Assembly (NCBI RefSeq): GCF_048593235.1
Contig: NC_133619.1
Coordinates: 18,304,454 to 18,368,453, forward strand
Length of the DNA: 64,000 nucleotides
Direction: 5' to 3'
Source of the DNA: Sminthopsis crassicaudata
Taxonomy: Eukaryota
Under the pieces are notes generated by a model. It was not told the DNA's origin. It searched no databases and worked only from the letters and a program-made list of their open reading frames with translations. This document shows positions 1 through 11,129 of this stretch, piece by piece. Position 1 is the first letter of the stretch. Each line of letters starts with the position of its first letter. Made by a program: the position numbers and the translations under genes.

Positions 1-173
1 TTAGATCAGCAGCAAAAATAACATTTGTCACCATGCTCGGGTCCCCTGTGGCCGTTTGCACGAAGGCCCAGCACGGCAGCTGGGCATGAGTCAGCGGGCT
101 CGGAAAACGGGCCTGGCATCGGCCATGCTGCTGCCAGGAGGCCCCGGGGCTGGCCGGCTGTGGGAAAGTACCG

Positions 174-540
174 GACCTCTCCCCAGAGTGCGTCAGTGCT
201 CCCTGAGGAGAGCGCCAGTCCTCTCTCCAGTGTGTCAGTGCTCCCCAAGGAACATGCCAGACCTCTCTCCAGAGTGCGTCAGTGCTCCCTGAGGAGAGTG
301 CTAGTCCTCTCTCCAGTGTGTCAATGCTCCCCAAGGAGCATGCCAGACCTCTCCCCAGAGTGCGTCAGTGCTCGTCCTCTCTCCAGAGTGCGTCAGTGCT
401 CCCTGAGGAGAGTGCTAGTCCTCTCTCCAGTGTGTCAGTGCTCCCCAAGGAGCATGCCAGACCTCTCCCCAGAGTTCATTGGTGCTCCCTGAGGAAAGTG
501 CTAGTCCTCTCTTCAGAGCATTGGTGCTCCTCGAGGAGCG
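174..540. repeat. Minisatellite: 86-bp dimer made of two related ~43-bp subunits, about 4 dimers, degenerate at the 3' end
   Basis: GACCTCT(C/T)CCAGAGTGCGTCAGTGCTCC recurs at 174, 260 and 346. The subunits are 44 bp (..CTCCCTGAGGAGAG..) and 42 bp (..CTCCCCAAGGA(A/G)CATGCCA). Confidence 0.95.
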
Positions 541-3111
541 CACCCAGCAGTTACAGGCTGCCCGTGCTCCTCCTCATTGCCCACACTGTGATGGACGTTA
601 GGTCAGCGCTTGTTTGTCACATTGGCACTTCTAACATCAGCCACTTCCCTTGTCCTTCAGACCTTCCCAGATGACCAGGGCCACTGCAGCCTCTGGTAGG
701 GGGTACTCCCAGGGCGATAGGAAGGAGGCAGGAGAGCCCCGGGAGTGTCAGAGAAGCCCCCATGGTTGGGCCACGGGGCAGGACTTTTTAGTACATCTTG
801 GTGCCCTGTTACCCCGGGGGCCCTGGATTATTCGGTGTCTGTCCCCTGCGGATGCCTGTGATGGGCGGGGAGCAGGAGGAAGGCCGAGGGTCACAGAGGG
901 TCTCACTGGTTGGGGGAGGAGCTGGAGGCAGGGCGCTTGGCGTGCCCTGGTCATGAGGGCGCGGGCTGGGTGGCTTTAGACAACCTAGAAAGCTCTTTTC
1001 CCTCCCAAGCCTCCCAGAGAGCAGAGGCCGGTGTCTGCCATGTTTGGCACTTGGCCAGGCTGCTGGTGGTCAGAGATGAGGAGGTGGGGGCAGGGCCAGA
1101 AGAGAGATGGGCTGGATGCCCTCCGGGGGCTTCTGCATGGGTGAGCTCACAGAGCCGGGCTCCCCAGGGCAGGACTCTGCTTTTGGCTGGCACGGTGCCC
1201 AGGCAGAGGAAGTGAATGCCGGTGGTTTGAGTGCCCCAGACTGGCCCGCACTTTCACGGCTGCCTCCCAGGCCTGCGCCTTTTCTGGGCAGTGCGGCTTC
1301 TTGGACCCCTCTGTGTGCTCCGGGGCCCGGTGCCCACTGTTCTCTGAGTCAGGCAGCCCTGGCAGCAGAGCCCGAGGAGAGGGAGCGCCCCAGCCCAGGC
1401 CGCCATGCCCCCGGACTCCTGAGCTTGTGGTCTAGGGCTGCCCTGCTGGCGCAGGAACATGGCCCCAGGGGAGGGGAGCCGCCCAGGGGCCGTTCGGGCC
1501 AGCAGGGGGTGTCAGGGAGGCCCTGGTTCCCTGGGAGTCAGAAAAGGGGCTTCTCAGTGGCCGGGGCAGGGGAAGGGAGAGAGAGAGATCAGAACTGAGA
1601 AGGAAATAAAGAGGAATAAATCGGAGCGTGGGCTTGGAGCTTGGGGAGAGCAAGGCCTGATGCTGGACGGGGGGAGGGCTCCAGGGGCTCGGGGACCCCT
1701 CCTCAGGGAGGCAGGAGGAGGAGGCGGCCGTGGAGTCCCATAACCCAAGGCCCCTGGGGGAGCATTTCCAGGAGGTGGGTGCAGGAGAGCTCACCTTTGT
1801 GAAGGGGGCAGAGGGGGCAGCACAGGGGCTGGCCTAGTGGTTGGGGGTCAAAGGGGAGTGCTTGTTCTGGTTTGACAAGGATGCACGGCTGAGGGAACGA
1901 GTTGCCAGAGGTTCCTGGGACTGACCCTGGGAGCCGCCATTTCCTTGGCTTCTCTGGGTCCTTGCCCGTTCAGGGCACATCTTGCTGCCTCCTCCTCCCC
2001 CCCCCCCGTGTTTTTCTCCCCTTCCTTTGCTTTTTCTGCCAGTTTGGCCCCCGGTCTGACCTTCGGGGGGGTGGGGAGACTCCTGGGAAGCGAAGCTTTC
2101 CCGGCGACCTCATATTTTCCTCTCCCGAAATATCCCCCGATCAATCTTGTTTCCAGATGTTGTAAGAAACAAAAGCGCAGAGCGAGGCTTCTGCTGCCTA
2201 AGCACAGCGGCGGCTCCGTCCTGGCTTGGAAAAGTCACGGCTTAGAAGCTGGTGAGGGGGGCCTTTCTGCGGCCCCTGAGTGTCCTGAGCCCCCAGTCCG
2301 TAGGCCCGGCCGGAGGGGCCCTCCCAGGGACCTCGCCCCCTTTCTCCTTCCCTTCACTGAGCCAGACTTCCGAGGGCCAGAAAGCGGGGCTGGGAAAGGG
2401 ATTTATGCCGACAAGAGGAGAGTGGTGCTCTCATGGCCCCCCCTCATGCCCAGGGACGGGTGTATGTGGGTGCCCTCCCCACCACCCTCCTGCCGCCCTC
2501 CCCAGCTCTGAGGGAAGCGGGCCCTTGCCTCTGCAAGCTCGGTGCCAGGCCCTGGGCTTTCCCTGGGGAGCAAGCCTGCGGTGCCCCCAAGATCCGAGGA
2601 TAGCCTTAAAGCCTGTGGGTGCAGGTAGGTGGTGACCTTTCTGGGGTCACTTTTCTTGTGTGACAGACAGAACCTTGGTATTGTTTAAAAAGGAAACTTC
2701 CCCTCCCTGTATGATGAAAGGGGTGGGGAGGTCATTCCAGAAGGGCAGTCGGGACTAGCTGGAAGCAGCCATGGGCCAGCCCCCGGCCTGGCAGAGAGGG
2801 ATTGAGTGCCCCTCAGAAGCCCCGCCCCCACGGGCATCCCCTGCCGCCCAGGCCCGAGGAGACAGGATCTGGAATAACCGAACTGGGGCCTCTTGCCATC
2901 CCCGGCTCTGACCCCCTTCTGTGGCCGCTCTCCCCGGGTCAGCAGAGCTGCCCACTTGTGGCTCGGGCTCCATGACCCGCTTTCCAGCTGGCTCTCCCCT
3001 ACCCAGGCTTCCCATTTACCTGGAACTGGGACCTGATGCCCAGAGGTTCCTTCCTCCCCTCATGGATTTGTCTGGGCTTCATTTGGGCACCGTTGGAGAA
3101 GGAAGGGGAAT

Positions 3112-3165
3112 GAGCATTTATGTACTGCCTACTGTGTACCAGGCGCTGAGCAAAACACTTAAAAA
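3112..3165 (-). mobile_element. L2 LINE 3' end fragment
   Basis: TGAGCATTTATGTACTGCCTACTGTGTACCAGGC resembles the reverse complement of the L2 3' terminus. Confidence 0.6.
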
Positions 3166-3224
3166 TACATGGCATCTCATTGCATTCTTTTCACATTTAA
3201 TTCTAAAAAATTGTACTTGTTTCT

Positions 3225-3545
3225 CAGTTACATTTCTTATTAAAGCCTTTTATTTTCAGGACATGTGCATAGATAGTTTTCAACATTCATCCTTGTAAAC
3301 CTTGGGTTCCACGTTTCCCTCCCTGTTCCCTCCCCTAGATAACAAGTATTCCAATATAGGTCAAACATGGGCAATTACATTAAACAAACATTTTTCACCA
3401 TTTTTCTATAAAATTATTTTCTAAATACATGCATGGACAGTTTTCAACATTCACCCTTACAGAATCTTGTGGGCTAATTTTTCCCTTCCCCCCTCCCCTA
3501 GTAACCCAGTATATGGTAAACACGTCATTCATTTTTAAGAATTTT
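3225..3545 (-). mobile_element. Two adjacent marsupial L1 3'-UTR fragments
   Basis: The motif CATGTGCATAGATAGTTTTCAACATTCA(T/C)CCTT occurs twice, each after a T-rich tail. The same family is seen at 34860-34990 and 37250-37430. Confidence 0.7.
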
Positions 3546-4329
3546 GAGCTCCCAAGTTCTCCTCCCCCCCCTCCCGCCCTATCCCTCCCTCTCTTCAGAA
3601 GGGCTGCTGAGGGAAGGATCCTGGGGGGTCGGATTAACTCCCGACTTGGGGGCCCAGATTCCTAGGTGTGGACAGCAGGAGCTGGAACCTCTCATGCTCC
3701 TGGTCGATGGTCCTCCCTGCCTTCTCTCCCACGTGCCTCTCTCCCTCCTCCCTAAAGGCACCTGAGATCGGTGTCAGAGTAGTAAAAGATGACAGGACGC
3801 AGATGAAGGAGAGCTCGGCCTGCCAAAGTGCTTCTCAGAGGGGGGCCGGGGACTCCTGAGCCCCTCCAGGTCCTAATTTCACAACAATACTGAGAATTTT
3901 AACTTTTTGAATCCAGAAAATGTCCATACAGAAGCCATGTAAGGGGCGGCTCTCGGGGTCCTTAATGGTTTTAGGAGCATAAGGAGGTCTTTCTGGGAGA
4001 ATCTCTGCCAGGGATTGGGGGAGTGATAGAGGCCGGGCCTGGGAGCTGATGTGGGGCAGCGTCTCTCCGAGCCTGGTGAAGACGTGGGGAGGAGATCCAG
4101 TACTGTTGTGAGATGTTTGCTCTGGGGGGGCCTCCTGGGAGGGTCTGGGGAGCCTCGGGGCCCCTGGTCCCCCCTGGAGAGATGAAGAAGGAATAAGATG
4201 CAGGGCCCACATCTGGCCCCTTGGAAGGGAAAAGGTGGAAACGCAGGGTGGGGGGTAGAGCACCTCCTGTTTGTCAGGCTGAGTGCTAGGGATACAAATT
4301 AGAGGGAGAAGGCAATCCCTGTCCTGTAC

Positions 4330-4680
4330 CATTCAGAGGGGCTAGGGAATACGCAAACAAATATATACAAAGCAAGCTAAATATGGGATCCGTAAGAAAA
4401 CAATTTACACAAGGAATCCATTAGAATTCAATAAGGCAGGTCACACAGGTCTTTCAAAATTTCCTATTATGGAAATATGCTCTACAAGACTGCAGAGAGA
4501 TGTATCTATATCATCTATATCAGATTGCTTACCATCTTAAGGAGAAGGGAGGGGAAAATTTAGAACTCAAAATTTTATTTAAGAAATTAGTCTTAAAAAT
4601 TCTTTACATGAAATTGGAAAAAATAAAAAAAACTAAATGAAATAAAATAGTAAAAACAAAACAAAACCAACTTCATACTG
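4330..4680 (+). mobile_element. Old L1 3' end fragment
   Basis: GGAGAAGGGAGGGGAAAATTTAGAACTCAAAATTTT...GGAAAAAATAAAA followed by an A-rich tail. Confidence 0.5.
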
Positions 4681-6774
4681 ACTTTTGTTTTCCTTTTTCA
4701 ACACAAGCACCAGGTTTTCCTCATTCCTCCCCACCATAAGGAGGGGAAGCCTTGCCCAGAAACTACCATTTATAGCTGAGTCCGAAACTTGGCACTGGCC
4801 ACTTCCCTGGGCCCGGTCTCAGTTCCCTTATCTGGGGATTGGAGGCAGGACCTTGGTGAGGAGCTCTCATGGGTCCCGGTGCAGAGGTCTGACTGTGCCA
4901 GGAGGGACTGTTTGTTTATCCAATTTGGGCCCACCTTCCCTCCTTCCATGGTGGTCTCTGTGTCTCTGTGTCTCTCTTTCTCTGCCTCTGTCTCTGTCTG
5001 TGATCTCTAACCTTCTGTTTCCTGTATTCTGTATTGCCCCAAAGATAGTTTTCAGGGTTCGGGGGGATGGAGGCTGGTTTGGGCGTGACCTTTGGGGCGC
5101 TGGCCAGCGGCAGCTTGGTTCTCCAGCGTGGAACCCCACTTCAGTCTGTCTGAGACTGGGTTGCATCTCTCCTGTGCAGCCTTAATGAAAACATTTGCTT
5201 GGCTGGCATTTTAAGGCTGAGATGTAATAAAATAAATCACAACAAAGAAGCCGCTTTCTCCTGGACAGTTTAATTCAGGTGCAGTGTAACTCAGGGAATT
5301 CTGGAATCAGCTTTTCCCTCCTTGTGGTGGCCAGGAGAGCTGGGCCCTGGGGATGTTTGACAGACAGGAGGCCCAGGGCCCTTTGCAGAGTGGGAAGGCC
5401 TCTGCTCTGAATGCCCAAAGTCATGTGGGCAGGCCTGGGGTCTTTTTGTGCCCCTCCCCCCCACACCCTGCCAGCCACAAGCCCCCTACCAGAGAGTGAG
5501 GGAGGGGGTGAGATGGTTTTGGGCCCATCTCAGGCTTGGGGACCTTTCGGTGGGAACACTGCCCCATGTCATGTTCCCGCTCACAGAGAGTGCCAGAAGC
5601 AGGGGGGCTGAGGCCGGACACTCAGCACTGCCAGAGTTAAGGACCAAAGCCCGTCCCCCAGACTTGTGAGCTTCTGTCGGCCCTCTACCCCATGCTGGCT
5701 CTTGCCTCGATTAGAGGCCATGTTTCTGTTCCTCCTGGCCAAACAGACCCTGAACGAAGACCCTTTGTCAGAGCCCCCCATGTGCCCCACAGTAGCGTGA
5801 TGGATGCCAGGCTGCTGACCAAGCCAGCAGAAGCGCTCCTGGTGTATCTCGACGGCCCCTTAAGACATCCTGAATGGGACTTTGGCCATCAGCGGCCCTT
5901 GGCATTTTATAGGCTGCTCTCTCCTTCCAACCCCCAAGGGCCTGGTTTCTTCTGGGGGGGGTCTTTGGAGAGGACGGGTGCCGAGGGGAGGGGCCCATTT
6001 TCTGTGGGTCACAGGCAGCCTCACCTTGGCTCACGCTCAGATTCTGGGTGTAATTGGATTACCCATGAAAATGCCAAGCACGTTTTCCCAGCTGATTTGC
6101 AACTGACATTTTCCTCTCGAGCCTGAGGCCTTCCTTGCCCTCCCTCTCTCCCTTCCCTTCCCTTCCTTGTCCTCCCTCCTGCCTCCTTCTCCTCTTCACC
6201 CTCCCTCCTGCCTCCTTCTCTTCCTCTTCACTCTGAGGAGTCTCCTGGATTGGGGGTCTGGCCCACGATGTAAGCCGCACAGGGTGTGGGGGAGGGGGTC
6301 TTTCCCTGTGCCCTCCTTGCCTGAGAGTGTGGCTTGAAGCCAGTGAGGAGAAGTAGTCGTTTTTGCTGCTCAGGAAAAACTGAGGCAAGTATTCAGGGTC
6401 TCCTCCAGAAGTGACCCTTCCCCTTGGCCAAAGCCTGGCCCTGGAGGGAGATTTGACTAACCAAAGTAAGCTGGGGAAGCACTTTATAGTGAGGCAAGAA
6501 TTTTTCGGGAGCAGAATCCACAGGCATTTTCATGATTGGGGGCTGAGCCCTGACCATGGTGGGACCTGGACCAGGGGCCTCCCCATTTAGGGATTTCAGC
6601 TCCCAGAAGCACAGAGTTCTTCTCGTTTCAGGAATAGAGAGATGTCGCCTCGGGGCCACCTCCTTGAGGAGGAGAGCTGGCGTGAGGTGGTCTGGGGTCT
6701 TTTGCAGTCCCTGTTTGAGCCGTCCCACATGAGGTGGTAGAGTGAGTATGGTGCATTCCAGTGTACCATATTGG

Positions 6775-6815
6775 ACAAGCTGAGCCCAGTGCCTGGCACA
6801 CAGTAGGCACTATAA
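6775..6815 (+). mobile_element. L2/MIR 3' tail fragment
   Basis: AGTGCCTGGCACACAGTAGGCAC is the classic L2/MIR 3' motif. Confidence 0.65.
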
Positions 6816-8089
6816 AGTCACCTTATACCTATCATGTTAATGGATGGTGGTCCATCCCAAGGCCTGAGCGGTCACCGAGGCTGGCCGGCCCAGGGGGTCC
6901 AGGCTTTGCCTTCGGCGTCATTAGGGCATCCTCTCAGCCTGGCACTTTGAGTACCCACTGTGTGCCCGCACTGGGCTAAGCATTGAAGAGAGAGGAAGAG
7001 TGAACAAAACCAATCTGTGTTGGAGCACCCACAAGGGGCCGGGGGAGCCAGGAAGAGGTGGGGGTGAGCAGGAAGGATCATGGGGATGAGCAGGGAAGAC
7101 CGTGGGGATGAGCAGGGAGCACTGTGAGGACCACCAGGGGTGATGCCCTGAGCCAGGAATACCCCCATCTTACAGATGAGGGAATGGAGGCACCAATGGG
7201 CAGCTCCACCTGTCTTTTCAGGCACCAGGGTTCCTTCTGTCATGTGCTTTTAATAAGTCCATAACACACAGTAACTACAAAATCGAAGTGTCCCAGCCCT
7301 TCAAGTTTGTTATTGAATATATCTGGTCTAAAACGTTCCATCTGGGGGTGATGATGGGGACTTTGGGTCAGGGGGCCCCCAAGTTCTGGCCTGCCCCCAC
7401 TGCAATCGGTCTTGTGGTCTCATAAGTGCAGGAGAAATCCTGTCACTTCCTATGATTGGTTCTACCGGGGAGTGGTCCCTAGAATACTTGCCTAGTGCAT
7501 GGACCTCGAGGGCGCCATCAGTGACCCCAGTGCAGTATCAGCAAGCTTGAGAGCCCCTCCCTCCCCATCACCTCTGATCAGGAAAACCAAAGGAGTTGAA
7601 GCAGAGGGAAACTGAATTTCAAGCTGCATCAGTGGGTTTGATGAGAATCAGGGTTTCACTAGACATGCGGGGGGTGCACAAGCCACCTTGGCAGCCAGCC
7701 AGGAGTCCTAGGGCTTTACATAGTTTGCATATATGTAAACCTGATCTCCTTTTTATTTTTTTTAACAAGAAAATGAAGATTGTTCTACTTAACTAGCACA
7801 AACTCTGTTTTGTTTTTTCTTTTAAAAATAGTTCAAATTCAGTTTTCTTAAGCTCCTTTGTCACTGATTTCATTTTTCCTTTGTCCCCCAAATGCTCAGC
7901 ACATAGTCTGTCTCATTAAAATGCCTTTTTTTTTTTTTTTTTTTTGCCTGTTTGTTCTCTTCTTGTCTAGTGGCAGTGAGGTATTGCTGGGTAAAAAGAT
8001 AACTTTTTGGGGCTGGTTCCAAATTGCTTTCTAGAATGGCTGGACCAAGAATCTCTAGGAAAATGTTGACGAGGCTAGTCAGGAAAGGG

Positions 8090-8945
8090 GCTGAGAAGCA
8101 CCAGACTCAGACTCTGCAAAAAAGCAGTGGTCATCAAAACAGTTTGGTACTGTTTAAAAAATAGTGTAGTGTGCATAGGTTCAATTACATAGTACTCCTT
8201 AAAGAAGTAAAGGACGGAAATACCTGGAGGAATAATCAGTGCTCATGGCTAGGCCGGGCCAATATAGTAAAAGAGTTCTACAAAATTAATTTACATTCTC
8301 GCTGCTATGCCATTCAAATTACTGAGGTGAAACTTAACTGAACTTGATGTAACAATAAGAAAATTAATTTAGAAAAACAAAATATCTAGAGTATCAAGGG
8401 AAATGATGCAAAGAAGGAACGATGAAGGGAGATTAGTCTTCTAGACCTCAAACTGTATGGTAAAGCAGCAGTCATCACAACCATCTAGATATTGTTTAAG
8501 AGACAAACCAATAGGGGAGAATCAGGACAGTAGAACTTAGTAACCCAATATTTTAAAAAGCAAAAAACAAATTACCTAAAGAAAAACTCCTTTAAAAAAT
8601 TGAAAACTATTGGAAAATTGAAAAGCAGCCTGGCAGAAATTAGTTTTAGACCTATACCTCACACTATAATTCCTATAATATGATCCTATATTCTAAATGG
8701 ATATGTGATTTAATACTAAAGGCCATACTGTAAAGAAAAAGAAAAAAAGAAGAACAGATCATATACCTCTCATAGCCATGGGTAAGACTTATATTTTAGC
8801 AAAACAAGAGATAGAGGGAATTACAAAAGATAAACTTTGAATACTGGAACTTCAGTACAGATAGCATTAATGCATCAAGGATAAATAGGGAAATGATTGA
8901 ATAGGAAAAACATCTATATCAAATTTCTCTAACAAGAGTTTGGTG
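8090..8945 (+). mobile_element. Decayed L1 ORF2 fragments
   Basis: Translations KAVVIKTVWYC (about 8120-8155) and LDLKLYGKAAVITTI* (about 8430-8490) resemble the L1 ORF2 motif PDFKLYYKAxVxKTxWYW. The sequence is A-rich with many stops. Confidence 0.8.
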
Positions 8946-8954
8946 TCTAAGAAT

Positions 8955-9100
8955 CTGTCCCTCCCTCCCTCTCTCTCTCTGTCTCTGTTCTGTGTGTCTG
9001 TCTCTGTCTCTGACTCTCCGTCTCTGTCTTTCTGTGTCTGTCTATCTCTGTTCTGTCGTTTTATGTCTCTCTCTCTCTGTTCTGTGTCTCTCTTTGTCTC
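8955..9100. repeat. Degenerate (TC/TCTG)n simple repeat
   Basis: CTCTCTCTCTGTCTCTGTTCTGTGTGTCTG... A similar short tract lies at 4958-5005. Confidence 0.85.
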
Positions 9101-9724
9101 TTTCCCCCATCCTCGTTTCCTCACTCCTCCCCTTCTCTCCACTCTCTGAATGGTTACAGGACGTACTGTTAAAAGAACTGAGTGTTTTCTGATGTGCATT
9201 TCACAGATGAACCTGAAGCATTTGGATCCCCAGAGAGGAGAAGAGGCTGCTTGTTGACCCGAGGCCTCCAAGGGGGGCTGTGAGGGACCCTCCCACCTCT
9301 GCCAAAAAGAGGATCCCTTGGAGCCCCTGACCGCTCTTGGCTATAAGGAGAGTTAGGAGTGGCCAGGCTCAGTGGGGTGTAGGCTCTTGCTCACTCCTCT
9401 CCCTGGGGTTGCTCTTCTCTCTTTGCCATCTCAGCCTGGGCCGGGGGCATCTCCTGGGGTCTCCTGGAGAGCTTATGGCTGCTCCTGTAAGGAGAGGGTC
9501 AGGGCAGCTCCCATTAGGAGTGGTCACAGGCCGGGAGCCGGCCCGGCTTTATTCTCTGCCTTCATGTTGCCCACACTGGGTGTTTCAGTAATTACTTATG
9601 AGATAAGTTGATGGAAATGTAGATTCTATAGCAGAGATGAGCTTCAGCTCCGGCCTGTCTTTCTAGCCCAGAGGTTCCTAATTAAGGTCTGTCTGTGATC
9701 TTGATTTTTAAATTTGTGCTAAGT

Positions 9725-9900
9725 GCTGTCTACATAACAATCTCATTTGATCCACACAACTCCCTTGGAGGGGGGGGTAGGTGATTGGGCTCCCGTTTTG
9801 TAGATGAGGAAACTGAGGCAGGATAAACCACTTGCCTACAGGAGCCCACAGCTAGTGAGTGTCTGATTGAGCTCTGGCCTTCCCGACTCCAGCATCAGAG
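9725..9900 (-). mobile_element. MIR/CORE-SINE
   Basis: CTCATTTGATCCACACAAC...TTTTGTAGATGAGGAAACTGAGGCA is the CORE consensus in reverse orientation. Confidence 0.8.
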
Positions 9901-10530
9901 GTACTGGGTGGGCAGCGAGCAGAGCCCCCCAGGTGGAAGCTGGGGAACCCCAGGCCAGAGCTGCAGAGGCCTTTGGGGGGGGCAGGGACAAACAGCCCTT
10001 TGTTGCCGATGACCACAGCGGGGGCTGTCCCCTGGAACTGGCGAAAGTCTGCTGGAGGTCATTGGGGGCTCGTCCCAGACTGAAAATGTGGCCTTTCGGT
10101 CACACCTCCTGGTTGCCTAAAATGAGCGAATCCATATTTATTCCTTATTATACTTTTGAATGTGCACGAAGGCTATTAGACCGGTGGGTAAATTGAGGAT
10201 AATAAATGAAATGAAATGTTTTGTAAAGATAATGAAGATAGGGATATATTAATAGCAACAAAGGAGCCACACTAGAGTATTATGGATGAGTTTCTTTGTC
10301 AGTTTTGCATATTAATTGCCTCGAAATATACCAACACATTTGATATGACTGGAATTATCAGGTACAGATGAATTCCCTCCCTGATAGAATCATTATTCAA
10401 AGTCTAATTAGATTTATTCTGTCTCTTCTTCTCTTAGAAGTACAAATGTTTAAAACATCATCTTGGGGTGGGGAGGAAAGCAAATAGGGTGAGGATGGCC
10501 TAGAAATTCTATCTCCTGGATGTTCTCCCG

Positions 10531-10716
10531 CTCCCCTCATTCCGGTCGGGGGTCCCTTGTTCCAGTGGCAGGTTCCCCTCATTCCGGCTGGGGGTCCCTT
10601 ATTCCAGTCGCAGGTTCCCCTCATTCCGGCCGGGGGTCCCTTGTTCCAGTCGCAGGTTCCCTTCATCCCAGGGGGGGGGGTACCTTGTTCCAGTCGCAGG
10701 CTCCCCTCATTCCGGC
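10531..10716. repeat. 42-bp minisatellite, about 4.5 copies
   Basis: Unit TTCCCCTCATTCCGGC(T/C)GGGGGTCCCTT(A/G)TTCCAGTCGCAGG. Confidence 0.95.
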
Positions 10717-11129
10717 CTGCTCTACATGTGTATCTATCTGTCCGTGGAGCGGCCGTGCACATGTGTAGGAGAGGACACGGGTGGTCTCCCCAGTCTGAGA
10801 CCCCCCTGGCTCCTGCGCCACTGGAAAGCGGCAGCTCTGCCTTATTTTCTCACTTGGCGGGTTCCTCATTAGCCCCCCCCTCCAATTGTCAGCTATAAAT
10901 AGAGATCAGCTAATTTGATGAAGAGGCTGCAGGTTTGCAGATAATTGGACAAATACATCACCGGCTAAGAACAACTCCAGAGATGACAGTGGTGGGGGTG
11001 GGGGGGTGGGGGGAACCGAGGGGAGCCGACCAAGGGCAGAGGGGGAGGGGGAAAGAAAGGAAAATGGGGAAAACGGAAACAATGGTGGGTCTGTGTGGTC
11101 CCCAACCTGATTCCAGAGTCATCCCACTT

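Noticed and set aside
10290-10320. TCAGTTTTGCAT resembling a mir-19 arm; ATTGCACGG at 25984 resembling the miR-363/92 seed
   Set aside because: Neither has a complementary arm or a full mature sequence.
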